The position numbers and the translations under genes are program-made. From positions 1,294,973 through 1,358,972 of the forward strand of contig BDGG01000012.1 of the NCBI GenBank assembly GCA_001949185.1: a stretch of 64,000 bases of DNA, in the 5' to 3' direction. The notes beneath the pieces were generated by a model, which saw only the letters and a program-made list of their open reading frames with translations, ran no database searches and was not told where the DNA came from. This DNA comes from Ramazzottius varieornatus. Taxonomy: Eukaryota > Animalia > Tardigrada. This document shows positions 24,928 through 37,630 of this stretch, piece by piece. Position 1 is the stretch's first letter. Each line of letters opens with the position of its first letter.

Positions 24928-25043
24928 GTTTAGCGTATCGTTTCGATCTTCATCTTCGTGAACTCGTTCATTTTTGATTTTGAACCACTCGGATCCATCA
25001 TCCCAAGTTTCCGGAGACTTGTGGTTTGGATCCAGATTCAGTG

Positions 25044-26286
25044 ATGGCTTTCCACTACGAATGGGCCACTGTACGCGGAGCTCGAACTTTGCTCATGAAA
25101 GTGGCGAAGGTCGTTGAGGTATACCGAGATCCGGTGAACGCCGAACTCTCTGTGAATGCCGAGCCGGAAGTAGACGCATTGTGGAGTAATCCCACGGACT
25201 CGAAGCGTATGCTTCTGCTCATTCCAGGTAAGTTAACCGCAAACGCAGCTATCCACAACTAGCGTTTTACCCGAATCTATATGACTTCTTCGTGTAGGCA
25301 ATCCTGGATGCATCAATTACTACCAGGAATTCGCGCTCGCATTATGGAGATCATTGGGCGGAACAGTTCCCGTGTGGGGTATCTCGCATGCCGGTCATGT
25401 CTTCCATGATAAGCTGAAACAGGAGACTTTCGGTAAGCATTGTATTTTTCGGATATAACAACTGCGTTAACTGAGCGATTGTGTGGTTTGACAGATGGTA
25501 ACGCATATCCGACTTTGCAGTTCCAAGTTGACCACAAGAGATGGTTCCTCGACCATTATGTTCCGCCTCACGTGGAACACATTACCATCATCGGCCATTC
25601 CATCGGTTCTTATATCGCGTTACAGATGGCTAAGCAGTCGAAGGATCCGCGAATCAATCACGTTATCGGCCTCTTCCCAACCATCGAACGAATGGCGCTT
25701 ACACCGCATGGAAGGATTTACACGCCCGTGTTCAAGTACATGAACTGCTTAACATGACCATTCTGTTTTGATGATCTGAAATGTGCTTTCCCAGGTACGG
25801 GCGTTGGCTGCTGTTCGGAATGGTTTCTGCGTTCTCCTTCCTGCCGGAGAGGTTACAGCACTGGCTTCTGCGGTACAGCGTTCCTGCTCTTACTGCCGGT
25901 ACCGGGCATCTTTTCGATGGTGCGGTGAACCTGACGAAACTTCCTAGTGTACGGTGCGTAGGAAGATCCTCTTTGGCTCTAGGAACCAGAACGGTAATAT
26001 GTTTCGGTTCTGTTTCAGGTGTTGCGCTATGATGACTCTGGATGAAATGGATCAAGTGAAGACTCTGGACAGGTCCCTAATCGAGGACCAGACAGCGAGG
26101 GTCACGTTGTATTATGGTCAGAACGATCACTGGTGCCCCGCGACCTATCACTCGGACATAACGAAGATGTTTCCCGATGCGGAGATCTTCCTGTGCAACC
26201 ACGGGTTCGAGCACGCTTTTGTTATGGGAGATGTGGAGCCTCTGGCTGCCATTGTCGCAAAGTGGATGGATGTTCCTGTCAAGTAA
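25044..26286 (+). CDS. LDAH: Lipid droplet-associated hydrolase (alpha/beta hydrolase)
   Basis: LLIPGNPG oxyanion motif (spliced), LQFQVDHK, IGHSIGSY nucleophile elbow, LFPTIERMALTPHG, YYGQNDHWCP, HAFV. Confidence 0.9.
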
Positions 26287-27022
26287 ACGGTTAACTTTCC
26301 GGTTCTGATCTTCTGGATATCTTACTATAGTGTCTTTATACGCTACTCTTTCTATATTCCTTTTATCCAGCATCGTTGAACCAAGACGACCGTTTTTCAT
26401 GAGGTTGGGTCTAGATCTTGCATTCTTGGTACCCGGTGCAAGTACCTGAGGTCTTGGAGCCGTCTTCCTTCACGATTTAGATACTTTTTTCGGGTTGCCA
26501 ATTTATCATATTCAAGTTTCCTGATTTGTAGGTTCAATGATCACTTTTATTTTCGCTATGTTTACGACGTATGTTTTGGTTCCCGATACCAACGAAGATA
26601 CAGGGAAGACGCAGGGGTGAAACGTAGCGGATCGGTGGTGCGCCATCTGCTTTTTGTTCGCAACGCATGCACTGCATGTATGTACAAGTGCAACTCTGCA
26701 TGGGCAATTGGTAAATATTTGCATATGATTATGATATCATTCGCAATTCATTCCGGCTTTGGCTACATTCCATCACGACAGTGCTTCGAAAGATGCGGAG
26801 ATCAGCGGTCTTTCAGTGTACCACGGATGTCTGGATGAGATGACCAGAGAGGGAAGGCCAGCGCAGCAATCTGGAGGTTCGTGTGATAATATAGCGCGAA
26901 AGTGTGGTGGCTACTTTTAATGATGACGTTCTAGAGGCTGTCGGGACTCTCTTAGGTTGTGCTCTTCGTCTCCAGTTCCAAGGACGTCCTGGCTTTTGGA
27001 TGCTTTAGGTTCAACGTTTGCC

Positions 27023-30000
27023 ATGCATCTGGTCCAGAGGATCACCATGTCCTTTTATATCTTTTCCCTGCCGATCGCTTCGTTTGGAGGTGAGTTGTAA
27101 CTTGAGGGAGTTTCAGTGTATCAACCTATGGCTCACGGTTAGGTGCTTTGTATATGTAGGATTGCTCAGTGATCGGCTCCGCACTTTCGATATCCTAAAA
27201 CCGCAAGATGTCGGACACAAGATCGTCAAGAGAGGAACGACGCCAAGCAGCAACCAGTACAATCACATACAAGACACACGTTTCTCCGCGCTGGGAAAGT
27301 ACGCCCGCATATTCTTTTACTGTCATGATGTCAGCTCCGATGTCTCTGTTTCTGGCATCATTTCAGAGAATTTCGTCTTACCCTGACTCCGAAGACTGGT
27401 TTGCTGTCGTCGGACCTGGAAGTGATCGTGCAAGGCGCAGATGGAGTATCGAAGTCAGTTGCTATCGACAAGCAATCCTTCTACTCTGGTCATGTCTTTG
27501 GTACGTGTCATGTTTTAAGAAAGCCACGCTTTGAAAGCAGAAAAAGGATGGGTGACATTAACCGTGGGGTTGCAGGCGAAAAAGAGTCGGAAGTCAACCT
27601 GCACATCCATGATCGTCAAATGACAGGCTCCGTTCGTACAGGTGCTGAGACGTTTTACTTCGAGGTAAGGAGAATCACTTGCTGCTGGATCTCCAGACAC
27701 AGAATATTTCCCAGTGAAATTAATTCACTGTAGCCCGCGGACCTCCATTTGCCAGTTGAGAACACCGCTACGCTAGTATATAGAAAGTCGGACATCATCA
27801 CCACTCCTTTGTCCGCGGAAAGCAATCACTCGGTTTGTGGATATACTGAACCAGGTAAGGTTTTCTCGTGGTTGTGGAATCTGTCCTTCCTCAACCTGTT
27901 TCTTGCTTTAGACCAGGAAGCTCTGCTCGGAGAATCGGAAGTGGACCCCGCCGAGCCACTTCTGCACAGAAAGACCAGGGACATTCCAACGTTCGCTCCT
28001 ACCCACACGCGTTGTGGACTGCGCGTAGTGGCTGACTACCGATTCTTCAACTCTGTTGGTGGGAAAAGTGCAAAGCGTACAATTACTTACTTGGTACTTA
28101 TCGTCCATTATCGTTTCCTTTGTCTTTCGTCTAAAATCTAAACGTTTTGCCTGTAGATCAATGTAATCGACCGCGTCAATGCCATCTACAACGCTACGAA
28201 CTGGAATGAAGGCCATGAAAAAGATCCGCTATTGGGCTATGGCTTCGTGATACAAGCCATCAACGTACTGACTGAGCCGACAGTTGTCAAAGAAGGCGGT
28301 GCGCATTACAACGATCGGGTTACCGGACGGACCTCTAAGGAAATCTTGGACGTACGAGGCATCTTTCTGTATGGTGTGAGTTTCACTATCCTGATGTTCA
28401 CTATTCTTCTCTTTTTAGTTGTTTAGCCGGGACTCGGACCACGCAAAGTACTGCTTGGCGCATCTGTTCACCGACCAGACGCTGGAATCAGCAGTACTTG
28501 GACTGGCATACGTCGGCAATGGACGACCAGGATCCGCCGGTGGAATATGTTCAGTGCGTAAGTACTGAGCAGTCTCAGCAGTTCCGTCGTCAAATTTTCC
28601 CGCGCGTGTTAAAAATTCCGGAATGCTAACTGTATCAATTGAACATTTTTGTAGCTTACCACAAGGACGGTCGGTCACTGCATCTGAATTCCGGACTGAC
28701 AACTGCACGAAATAATTACGATCAGATCGTAATCACGAGAGAAATGGAGCTAGTGACGGCGCACGAACTTGGCCATAACTGGTGAACGATCAGGACAGCT
28801 TTGCGATTTTGGGCGTTGTTTCATTGGGTTGTTTGCTTCAGGGGAAGTCAGCACGACCCGGAAACGAGAGAATGCACACCAGAAAGTCGTGTCGGTGGGC
28901 GCTTTCTTATGTACATGTACTCCGTCTCTGGACTGGAGTCCAATAACAAAGTAAGGGTCACTTTACTGTGAACTTCACTGTCCGCTTCCACGATTTGTTT
29001 TCTAACTTCGTTCTCGTCCATTTAGTTCTTTTCGCCATGTAGTCGTCGTTCGGTGCGAGATGTCATTATTAACAAAGCCGCGTCTTGCTTTTACCGTACG
29101 TATATAAACTCTGCTTTTCGTTGCTGACTGGAAACCCTTTCCATCTGTTTTTGCAGGTCCCGAAAAGTCACTCTGTGGAAACTTCCTGGTTGAGGAAGGG
29201 GAAGAGTGCGACGCTGGCTATATCGGCGCCGAGGACAAAGACACCTGTTGCGATCAACGTTGTCGACTTCGCACAGGAGCGAAATGCAGTGATAAGAACT
29301 CTGTGTGTTGTGCCAACTGCCAAATGCAGGCAGCGGGGACCAGGTGTAGCGATGGGTCGTCACAGCTATGCGAAGGTGCGTCGTTCTGCAATGGACTGAG
29401 TGCGAACTGCCCGAAAGCTCCGCCTGTCCCGGATGGAACACCCTGTGTTGACGAGTAAGATGCATTCTTCCGTTGAGGTTCTTTGGTGATGTATCAATTC
29501 ACCATCTCTTTTCGCAGGGGAATGTGCCGAAGCGGACATTGCATGTCGTTTTGCGAGACCAGAGGGTTAAAGTCCTGCGTTTGCGATAACAGTACGTTTT
29601 AATTCGAGAAAGTACAAGCACAAGCATTCATACTTCAGTCAACAGTGGAGCTTAAAATATAGCAGATTATTCTACCGTAGTTACGGAGTCCTGCTTTTAC
29701 TGCTGCCGACGAGAAGGCGACCCTTGTCAGCCCTTCAGCTTTTCGGGAAAGCACAAACCAGTGCCTAATGGACGTCCTTGCATCCAAGGCCACTGCTCAA
29801 CTGTAAGATAGTAGCTTTACGCGGAACACCACTCCGCGACCTGTTTACGAGTCGTGTCGATACGAGGTTTTTTACAGGGTGTGTGCGAGCAGACCATCAG
29901 AGATTTCTCAGCAAGAGTGTGGACCGTCATTGAAAGGATCGACTTCAGCAATTTTGGTAAGATATGGTGTGTCCAATTACATAATGATGCTGTACTATAC

Positions 30001-30857
30001 CGACGTCAACATGCTGCTATCCTTCTTCTATAGCGGCCTTTCTGAAGAATAACTTAGTGGGCGTGGTGATCATCCTGAGCCTTATTGTGTGGATTCCTGC
30101 CAGTCTCATGATCCACAAAATGGTAAGGCGATCGTTGGTCGTGGACGAACACGTTATACACATTATAGTGTTACTTATTCTTGATCCTTTGTACAGGACA
30201 AGGAGTTCGAACAGGAAAACTCGGAAGTGATGGACAACCTCCGTAGATCGGTAAGCGAACCAGCGCAGTACGCCCACTAAATTTCATGTGGTGATGGTAG
30301 AGTTTGACACGCGGTTTTTGATGTCTTACATGGCCTTATCATTTGTACGCTGCGGTGTCTTGGGTGAATATCCTCATGTGGAGTGTCTGGTTTCTAGGTC
30401 GCTCGACTACCAAGCCGGAAGAACTAACCATGGTTTCAAGGTGTTGGTCAAAGTGTCTATTGAGTAGCGTACAGGCGAACCTGGTGCTGTAGCTGTGGTG
30501 TGGTTGTCACTGGTCACTGTGCTAGGTCGTTGGATTGTTATTGTATTTGTATTTGCCCTATTACAGGAATATCTTTTAACTAACACTTTCGTGCTGTTGT
30601 AGATCAGCTCGCAGCATCAACACAACGTTAACATACGAAGTGCCACAAGAGCACAAACAACGCCTTTGCTTTCGGGTGACCGGAAGTACGTTCGTCATGC
30701 AGCTAACGGAGCAGGCCGAAAGAGTCCGCTCCTGGCCGACATTGTTATGGCAAACCTGAAACAGACAAACGGCGTCCATCGTGCGACTTCTGCCAATCAC
30801 ACCTCGAATACACACCGCGTCGTTGCCTCGAATGGCGTCCAAGAAACCGCTACCTGA
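27023..30857 (+). CDS. ADAM17: ADAM17/TACE-like disintegrin metalloprotease
   Basis: Signal peptide exon, prodomain with a VCGY Cys-switch, RKTR furin site, HELGHNWGSQHD zinc motif, FLMY Met-turn, [15 protein letters not shown] disintegrin start, and [19 protein letters not shown]. The 3' exon choice is uncertain. Confidence 0.9.
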
Positions 30858-31058
30858 GCAATATTTTACTACTTCCTTATCAATCTGTGATAACTGCTGA
30901 CCAATGACTGTATTAATTTTTTTATTGATTTTAGCTAACGCTAGACTGGTTCTTCAGTTGCTATAGTACTTGCGGCAACTCCTTGTTGGCTGAATTTTTC
31001 CGTTGTTTTATCCTAACTTATGACTGCTTTATGTCGATCGCCGTTGAGTTTAATACGA

Positions 31059-32615
31059 TTACTCGATTACTTCGATGATTGGTCCTTTAGGTCTTGGTTG
31101 CGATGGTTGGTAGGGAAAACACGGAGTTCCGGCTTCCTCTTTAACGAGACTGCCCATTTCCCTGATGCTCCTCTCCATTTCCTGGACAAGCCGAGGGTCG
31201 TTTTCTTTTAAACCGATGTCCCGAATTAACTCGTACTGCCGTCCGGCCTCTTGGTACTTCCTTCGTTTCTTGAAGACCGTACCCAGTCGCAAAAGAGCTG
31301 GCAAGGATTGAAATGGTGAACAAGAAAGTTCTCCATTTTTGCCACGGACACTACGGTTCGTACCTTTCAAGTTTTGTGGGTCCAGAGAAAGCACATACTT
31401 GCAATCGTTCGCTGCTTCCTCATATTTTTCTTGTTTCAGGTAAGCTTGCGCTCTGTTGTTTATCACTGTAACGGAAGGGATTACGGAGATACTCCGCTTA
31501 TAGAAAACGATGGCCTCGTCGAGATCACCCGCTCGGTACGCTTCGTTCCCTTTCTCTTTCTCACGTTCCGCCAGACGTTCTTTCTCCTCTTCCGTTAAAC
31601 CTTCGAGAAAATCCCTTGGTGAATCTCAGTGTTCAGCGTTCAGTGTGCTGTTTAGACCAGGAAGTCTTGCGGTACCTGCGCAATCAACAGCGTCGGGTAA
31701 CTTCAAAGTCCTTCTCGCAACTTCCTTTTCCGCTGCTTCAAGATCTGCCTTCCTTATTTCGATTTCAGGATCGTACCTAAATAAAAAAGCAAATGCTGAG
31801 AAACGATGACAGAATTTCTAAACTGAACGCAATCATTTCGACAACACGCACGCACTTGTCCCAACCTGCAAAGTCCCACGATCTTATCCTTCTGTTCTTC
31901 CCGGCAGTAGGCAGACTGACAGCTGCGGAAGTTTCTTCTTCACTCGTCTCTGAGGTTTCAAGCCCGACTGGACAGCAGTCGATCTTATACTGTAACACAA
32001 TACCAAGATGCAAAAAAAACCCAGGAAATATGAAACTGAAACGGGCTGATACCGTAGTATATGCGCACCTCGGAACTCTTACGAATGGGTGTGACGTTGC
32101 TGGCCGTAAGTTTTACAGTACTGTTGTCCAGCTCGTTCCTACCTCCACAGAACGCCTGCATCAGAGGATATTGATTCCAGGTCTGGCAAGAGGAGGCGAC
32201 TAGAAATTCCAGAGGTTCGCTTGCACATATGAGACAGCATCTTTCTCACCGAAAGGTCTCTTATGAAATCAGTATCGCCGTGGGCCATTATCTCGGGTTT
32301 CGTCCATACGTTAGACGATTCGTTCTTGAGCATGACATGATTCGGGTCGAGGTCTCGAATCCGCTTCTCTGTAAACTCTGTCAGATGCGGATAGAAGCCT
32401 AGCTGGGACGACCTAAGGAAATAGTCCAGTTTTACGGTGCATTACAAAACGGACCCGGAAGCCATCTCTTACCGTAAAATGCGAAGAATCTTGACCAAAT
32501 TTGGGACGTCCGTACAGGTCTGGACTGTAGAGTAATCTATGTCTTCTACCAAAAGCTGGTACCCTTCCAGCAGAGAACTCTCGGAGATGATCGGCTTATC
32601 CGTGTTAACAGGCAT
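31059..32615 (-). CDS. SPAG1: SPAG1-like TPR co-chaperone (short, single TPR module)
   Basis: N-terminal EDIDYSTVQTCTDVPNLVKILRILRSSQLGFYPHLTEFTEKRI resembles the SPAG1 N-domain. Also an RIRSWDFAGWDK motif and the TPR EKEKGNEAYRAGD..NNRAQAYLK..CKYVLSLDPQNLKALLR. Confidence 0.8.
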
Positions 32616-33703
32616 GCTTTTGGAGCGAATCGAATAAGGTTTCTCATCAGCTTGTTCAGCAACTCAGTCTGGGCCAGCTGCTTTGCTCGCAGACAGCAAA
32701 GGCGCACGCAGTGCAGTTCTAGGTGTCCCGACGAAGCTGTTGGCAGCCCAAATACCTTCCACGCTGCCTGGATACCAGGAAGCCAGCTGGTATCCAGTAC
32801 CACAAGCCAGGTTCGCTACTTTATTTCCTATCACGACAACTGCGTAAACCTCTAGCGATACGGAAACGTCTGCATCACGAACCGAAACCATCTTCACGTA
32901 TCTCTCAAACGTTTCACATTTTCTGCAAAGTTGAACTTGACATTGCTGGACATTATTCCCCAGTAACCGAAAGAGGCAGAGTGCCCACTGCACATCCAGA
33001 AGAACACAAGCAAAAATCTGCGAATGCGAGACGAAAGCGCTGGGGTTTTACGCCGTGAAGTCCAAGTGCTGTATCTTACGCAGACCCTGCAAAGACACAC
33101 GGTGACAGCTACAACAGCAGACTCTTAATCTTGCTACCAGCAGGAGCGAAGCATACCTCTAACATAATCCGGACATTGGCCTTGATTCGCTGCTGTGCCG
33201 TTTTGGAGGACTGGATACCGGCTTCTAGACCTTTCGCGCGAGCTGCGACAAACTTGGAAGCTTGCGGCAAATCCATTTCCACATAGGTCTCGAGACCGAT
33301 ATTTATGAATATGGTTGTGGGGTCCGGTCTGCAAACGAGGGCATACTCTGAACAATAAAACTAAAAAGTTCCCAACATGGCAACATCCAATAGGACTGTC
33401 TACCTTACATGTTTGCTTGAACCCTAAAGTTATGACCCAGGTCGGAATACACTCTCATATGACGATCCGGTATTTTCTTGTCCTATTGGCAAAAAAAATA
33501 TCCTGTAACGTTGCACGAACAGCAGTTTCCAAGTTTAGAATGGCAGAGGTACCTCGAGTTTCTTGATAAGATTCTGTAGCGTTTGAAATTCATTCAGTTG
33601 CAGAAGTAGTTTATCCAATCGAGCTTCCACCTTCCTGCAAAAAGCAAACCGCTGTTACAGTCATGTCAGCTGGATATGGTAAGCGAACTCACATAGTTTT
33701 GAT

Positions 33704-34087
33704 CTAAGGATCCGTATGCCCAGACTCTTGTAGCTTCTGTTGAACGATTTCAAGTTTGCGAATCAGGGCATCGCCAAAGGCCATTGTGTACAGCGGACTG
33801 ACAGATTCCAACAGAGCGGAAATACTCTCGAACACAGACTCGTCTTCAGAAGAAATGAAATTGTATGCCTGTCCAACGATCCTATAGCCTCTCGTAGATA
33901 GCTCGATGCAGTAGGAAGAGCCCTCTAGAGACGTCAGGTTGATGTAAAGCAAAGAAGGCGACTGTGGCAAAGTTTCACTGACGGAAACGGCCTTCACGAA
34001 AGTGGCGAAAGTCTTCACGACATGGGCCGCGTCGTGCCGGAGATCAGAGCTTTCTTCCTGGACATCGCCTTCCGCAATGGGATTCAT
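33704..34087 (-). CDS. GSKIP: GSK3-beta interaction protein (DUF727)
   Basis: LYINLTSLEGSSYCIELSTRGYRIVG..FESISALLESVSPLYTMAFGDALIRKL. Confidence 0.9.
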   Translation of the reverse strand: MNPIAEGDVQEESSDLRHDAAHVVKTFATFVKAVSVSETLPQSPSLLYINLTSLEGSSYCIELSTRGYRIVGQAYNFISSEDESVFESISALLESVSPLYTMAFGDALIRKLEIVQQKLQESGHTDP

Positions 34088-34816
34088 TGCTCTTGAGCAC
34101 AAGGGAACTCCGCGCAGAACGAACTTCCCCCCATATGAAGTACGACCATCAGACCAGACCAGACCAGACCAATGATGGCTGACAAGTGTCGAGCGGATAC
34201 AATAAGTCTCACCTCAGATCCATCATCAGCTTCTCATTCACAAACTCCTCATATTGTTGCACTTTCGGATCCATCGCTCAACACATGGAGCTTAAGAATG
34301 ACGTCGGTGGGATGAACACCCTGCAGCCTCGACAGCTGGGGAGACGGATGACTATCGGTGTAGCTTTTTGCAGGGATCCTTCTGCCTTCAGCAGCGTGAC
34401 TAGCGTCCGTAGTCACTAAAATGTCCAGCCCTAAAGGTTCACAAGCAAGACGTAACGACGGGCGAAGAAGTTAGGCGAGCTCTGGAAGAAAGATTGCGAG
34501 CCTTGCCACTGAGGGGTTCGAGATATAGAGCTGAACGGTGAAAGACTCCCAAAAGAAAACCACAACAAACAGTCTGCCTGATCAACAATCAGCCACATGA
34601 TATTGGTTTAGTCAGCCTGAACGTTATCGCAAACTCGTAGTTGTACCACAGACTGACTTTCTGAAATGCGAGTTTGAAACCGGAAGTTCTAACTTTTAAG
34701 TTTGAGTTTGATACTTTGTTAGTTTGTCCATCGTGGTTTCAAGGTTTGTCACAATCGGTGTTCATTCTCCCATTTACTGAACCAGTTGCTCAGAAGGAGC
34801 GAGATAATCGACTACG

Positions 34817-35961
34817 ATGGCTGACTTGGAGGGGACTCCCGTAAAGATCAGTGCGGAGGAACTGCCAAAGGTGTTATCGGTACCGGACAAGAAGTACGAA
34901 TGTAAGGCCGAGTGTTTATGAGACTCGATGGCAAGAACTTGGAGAAAATCTTCACTAAGCTCAACTGAACACTTTTATATTTGCAGACCTGGATCACACA
35001 GCCGATGTCCAGTACGTTCCAACTGAAGCCTGTTAGAGGGCACGTTCACTTTGTTGCGTAATGTAATTAGCATGTATTTGCTTATATGTAACCACATACC
35101 ATTTGGGTTCTCATTACAGAATTCATTCTTGTAAGGAAACTCCACTTGAAATGTTGCATCTGAAGTCGAATACCTTTTGACGAAGTGAATTACAGGGGGT
35201 GAAACCCTAAAGGAAGCGTTTGAGCAGGTAACTATTTTGCTGTACGAGGAAGTACGATGCATTCGACCAAAGCCAACGTATGCTCGTTGGTTATTGCAGG
35301 CTGCCGTTGGTATGTTTGGATATATGACCGAGATTGAGAGCGTCCAGATTCTGATGGAAGAAACAGTCGAAGCAGAAGGTGGGCGTTGAGCATAGATGCA
35401 TTATGCATGTGAAATGCCATTTTTTCCGTGTTGGACCACTTCTTGTTAAAAAGTGATGGCTGACTCGACTGTTTCTTGACTGTGTGCGTTGCAGGAGACG
35501 ATCTTATTGGCTTGCTTTACCACTTTCTGGACGAGTGGTTGTTCACGTTCTGCGCGGAGCCGTTCTTTATTCCCCGGGTACGAGATATTCGAGCTAGTTC
35601 CATCTTTCTTCTTAGTAATTACTTGGTGATTCTCGAATAACGACTAGTTTTTCCACAGAAGGTTGTCATAACGGAATTTGACGAGCAAAACTTCAAAATT
35701 AAGTCCATCGGGTAGGTAGCGTGCACGGCGGTGATCGCACCAGGCAGCGCCGCAGCGTAGCTTTTACCTGTTTCATAGCGGACATACTGCGCCTAAGGAC
35801 CGTCCGTAGAACCCAAACTGAATTTTCGTTCCAGATATGGCGAAGAGTTTAATTTGGCCAAGCATCCCCAGGGAACGGAGGTGAAAGCTATCACGTACTC
35901 CAACCTACAGGTTCACAATAAGGAAGGAATGCATGAAGTGTATGTCATCGTGGACATTTGA
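34817..35961 (+). CDS. ZBTB8OS: Archease (tRNA ligase RtcB cofactor), 8 small exons, absent from the ORF track
   Basis: Manual splicing gives [79 protein letters not shown]. Confidence 0.93.
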
Positions 35962-36266
35962 GTGTACCACCTCACTCGGGTTCTTCGTTTCTGTGTTTTC
36001 AACCAAGGTCCTCAACATTCTCAAGCTACTGAGCCTATTTATGTCAAACGATTGAGCTTTCCTGTTTTGGATATTTTCTTCCTTTCTTTGGATAAATACA
36101 AAAAGCAAACTCACGTTTCCTGCTGGAAGAGTGGCCCGTTCTGATTGATAACCAATCCGAAAGTGAAGAGCAAACTCGAATACAGTTAAAACAGTCGAAA
36201 GCAACACAGGCTCCTTTCCAGAATGAAACCTGAAAAATGGGAAGAAACTCCCACAAAAAAGTTGTG

Positions 36267-37322
36267 CTATGGATCAGATTTAATAGCGGCAGAAGCCTTC
36301 TTTGCAGCTTGACGAGCCAGGTACCGTTCTTTGGCACTCATGGTAGTGTCTTCCGTTGCGCGCTTGGCAAGGATCCGTTTCATATCCGGAACATCGTCTC
36401 TTCCCGGTCTCTTCGGTATATCTACCGCGACACCAGCAACCTCAGCCTCCGACGCGGACACACGTGCGGGAGAAGAAAGAGGCGTACGTAGACAGGGCGA
36501 AGAAGATGGATCTTCCACTTCCATACCTTCTTCCGGTTTCACTTCCTCAGACCGAATTTCAGGACGAGGTCGTTTTGTTTTGTCCGCCTCTTCTGAAGGT
36601 TCGTCCTTTCGTTTACCATCGCTCGATGCTTCTCGGACACTTCCGGATAAGGACGGCACTGAGCTCATCGATCTTTCTCCAGCGTTCTGGACCTTTTCTT
36701 CACCCGTAGTCTGCTTGAGCAAATGCCTGTAGAAGCCTCCCATATCTTTCTGTTTAGTAACATCCAACTGCGCTTCGATCTTATCCATTTCTTTCTCTCT
36801 CCTTTCCTGCTCCTGCAATTCTTGCATCTTCTTTTTGTAGGCTGATGTAACGAAGGCTTCTTTATCAGCAAACTGACCACCTTCTTGTTCACGTTCACGC
36901 TGAACTTTCCGTTCCAGACGTCGATCCTGCTCTTTCTCCCGCTCGTCTCTCGCAGCCAGTAATGCCCGCATATATTTAGGCTTTCGCTCCTTCCCTTTCT
37001 CTTTCTCTTTCACGCTGTCGTTTTCGGCAGTCTTCTTCTTCGTCATCTCGTCGTATATACCGTCGTAGTCAAAGACGGTAGGATCGTCTTCCAGAGCTTG
37101 CTGAATCCGCGACTGTGTTTCTTTCTTCCATAAAGCCTTGTTACCTTCCCTCTTGATTGCATCGCCAATGGACTTGGACGTCGGTACATCGCCACCATCA
37201 TCCTCAAAGAGCGCACTGTTTGGACGAACGGTAGAGCGAGAAATGGAAGAGTCGGGCTTCTTACGAAGTATTAGTCCGTATTTCTTGTTCAAATCTCCCG
37301 TTAGCGCACCTGGTGTATCCAT
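36267..37322 (-). CDS. NSRP1: Nuclear speckle splicing regulatory protein 1 (CCDC55), intronless CDS
   Basis: KKYGLIL, ALEDDPTVFDYDGIYDEM, KPKYM..LL, ERKVQREREQEGGQFADKEAFVTSAYKKKM, SAKERYLAR. Confidence 0.92.
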   Translation of the reverse strand: MDTPGALTGDLNKKYGLILRKKPDSSISRSTVRPNSALFEDDGGDVPTSKSIGDAIKREGNKALWKKETQSRIQQALEDDPTVFDYDGIYDEMTKKKTAENDSVKEKEKGKERKPKYMRALLAARDEREKEQDRRLERKVQREREQEGGQFADKEAFVTSAYKKKMQELQEQERREKEMDKIEAQLDVTKQKDMGGFYRHLLKQTTGEEKVQNAGERSMSSVPSLSGSVREASSDGKRKDEPSEEADKTKRPRPEIRSEEVKPEEGMEVEDPSSSPCLRTPLSSPARVSASEAEVAGVAVDIPKRPGRDDVPDMKRILAKRATEDTTMSAKERYLARQAAKKASAAIKSDP

Positions 37323-37515
37323 GATACGCAAACAATCCCAACGAGTCTTGCGATCGACAGCAGAAGATCAGACAGCAGACGAGTTCGGCCAAAGAAGGAT
37401 GATGAAGAGTGATGAACATGTACGCGAACATAATATTATGTGCGAGTTACGAAAATGTTTTCATTGTTGTTATCAATCAAAGGACGGAAATCAAGCTGGT
37501 CGGAATGGTATCATT

Positions 37516-37630
37516 TAATGCTTCATGAACTTCACGAAGTGCCGTCATAGTGCGAGTACAGTTTACGGGTATGGTGGCGCATACTGTATACGTCTACCGT
37601 GACGCAATTGGCGAAGTTCATGAAGCATTA
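37516..37630. mobile_element. Short hairpin/MITE-like element upstream of NSRP1
   Basis: Perfect 18-bp inverted repeat taatgcttcatgaacttc / gaagttcatgaagcatta, with further imperfect internal pairing. TA at both ends. Confidence 0.6.

Noticed and set aside
32650-33560. Several 60-110 aa ORFs and a 10-bp inverted pair (ccaataggac/gtcctattgg)
   Set aside because: No recognisable homology, and the repeat is too short to call an element.
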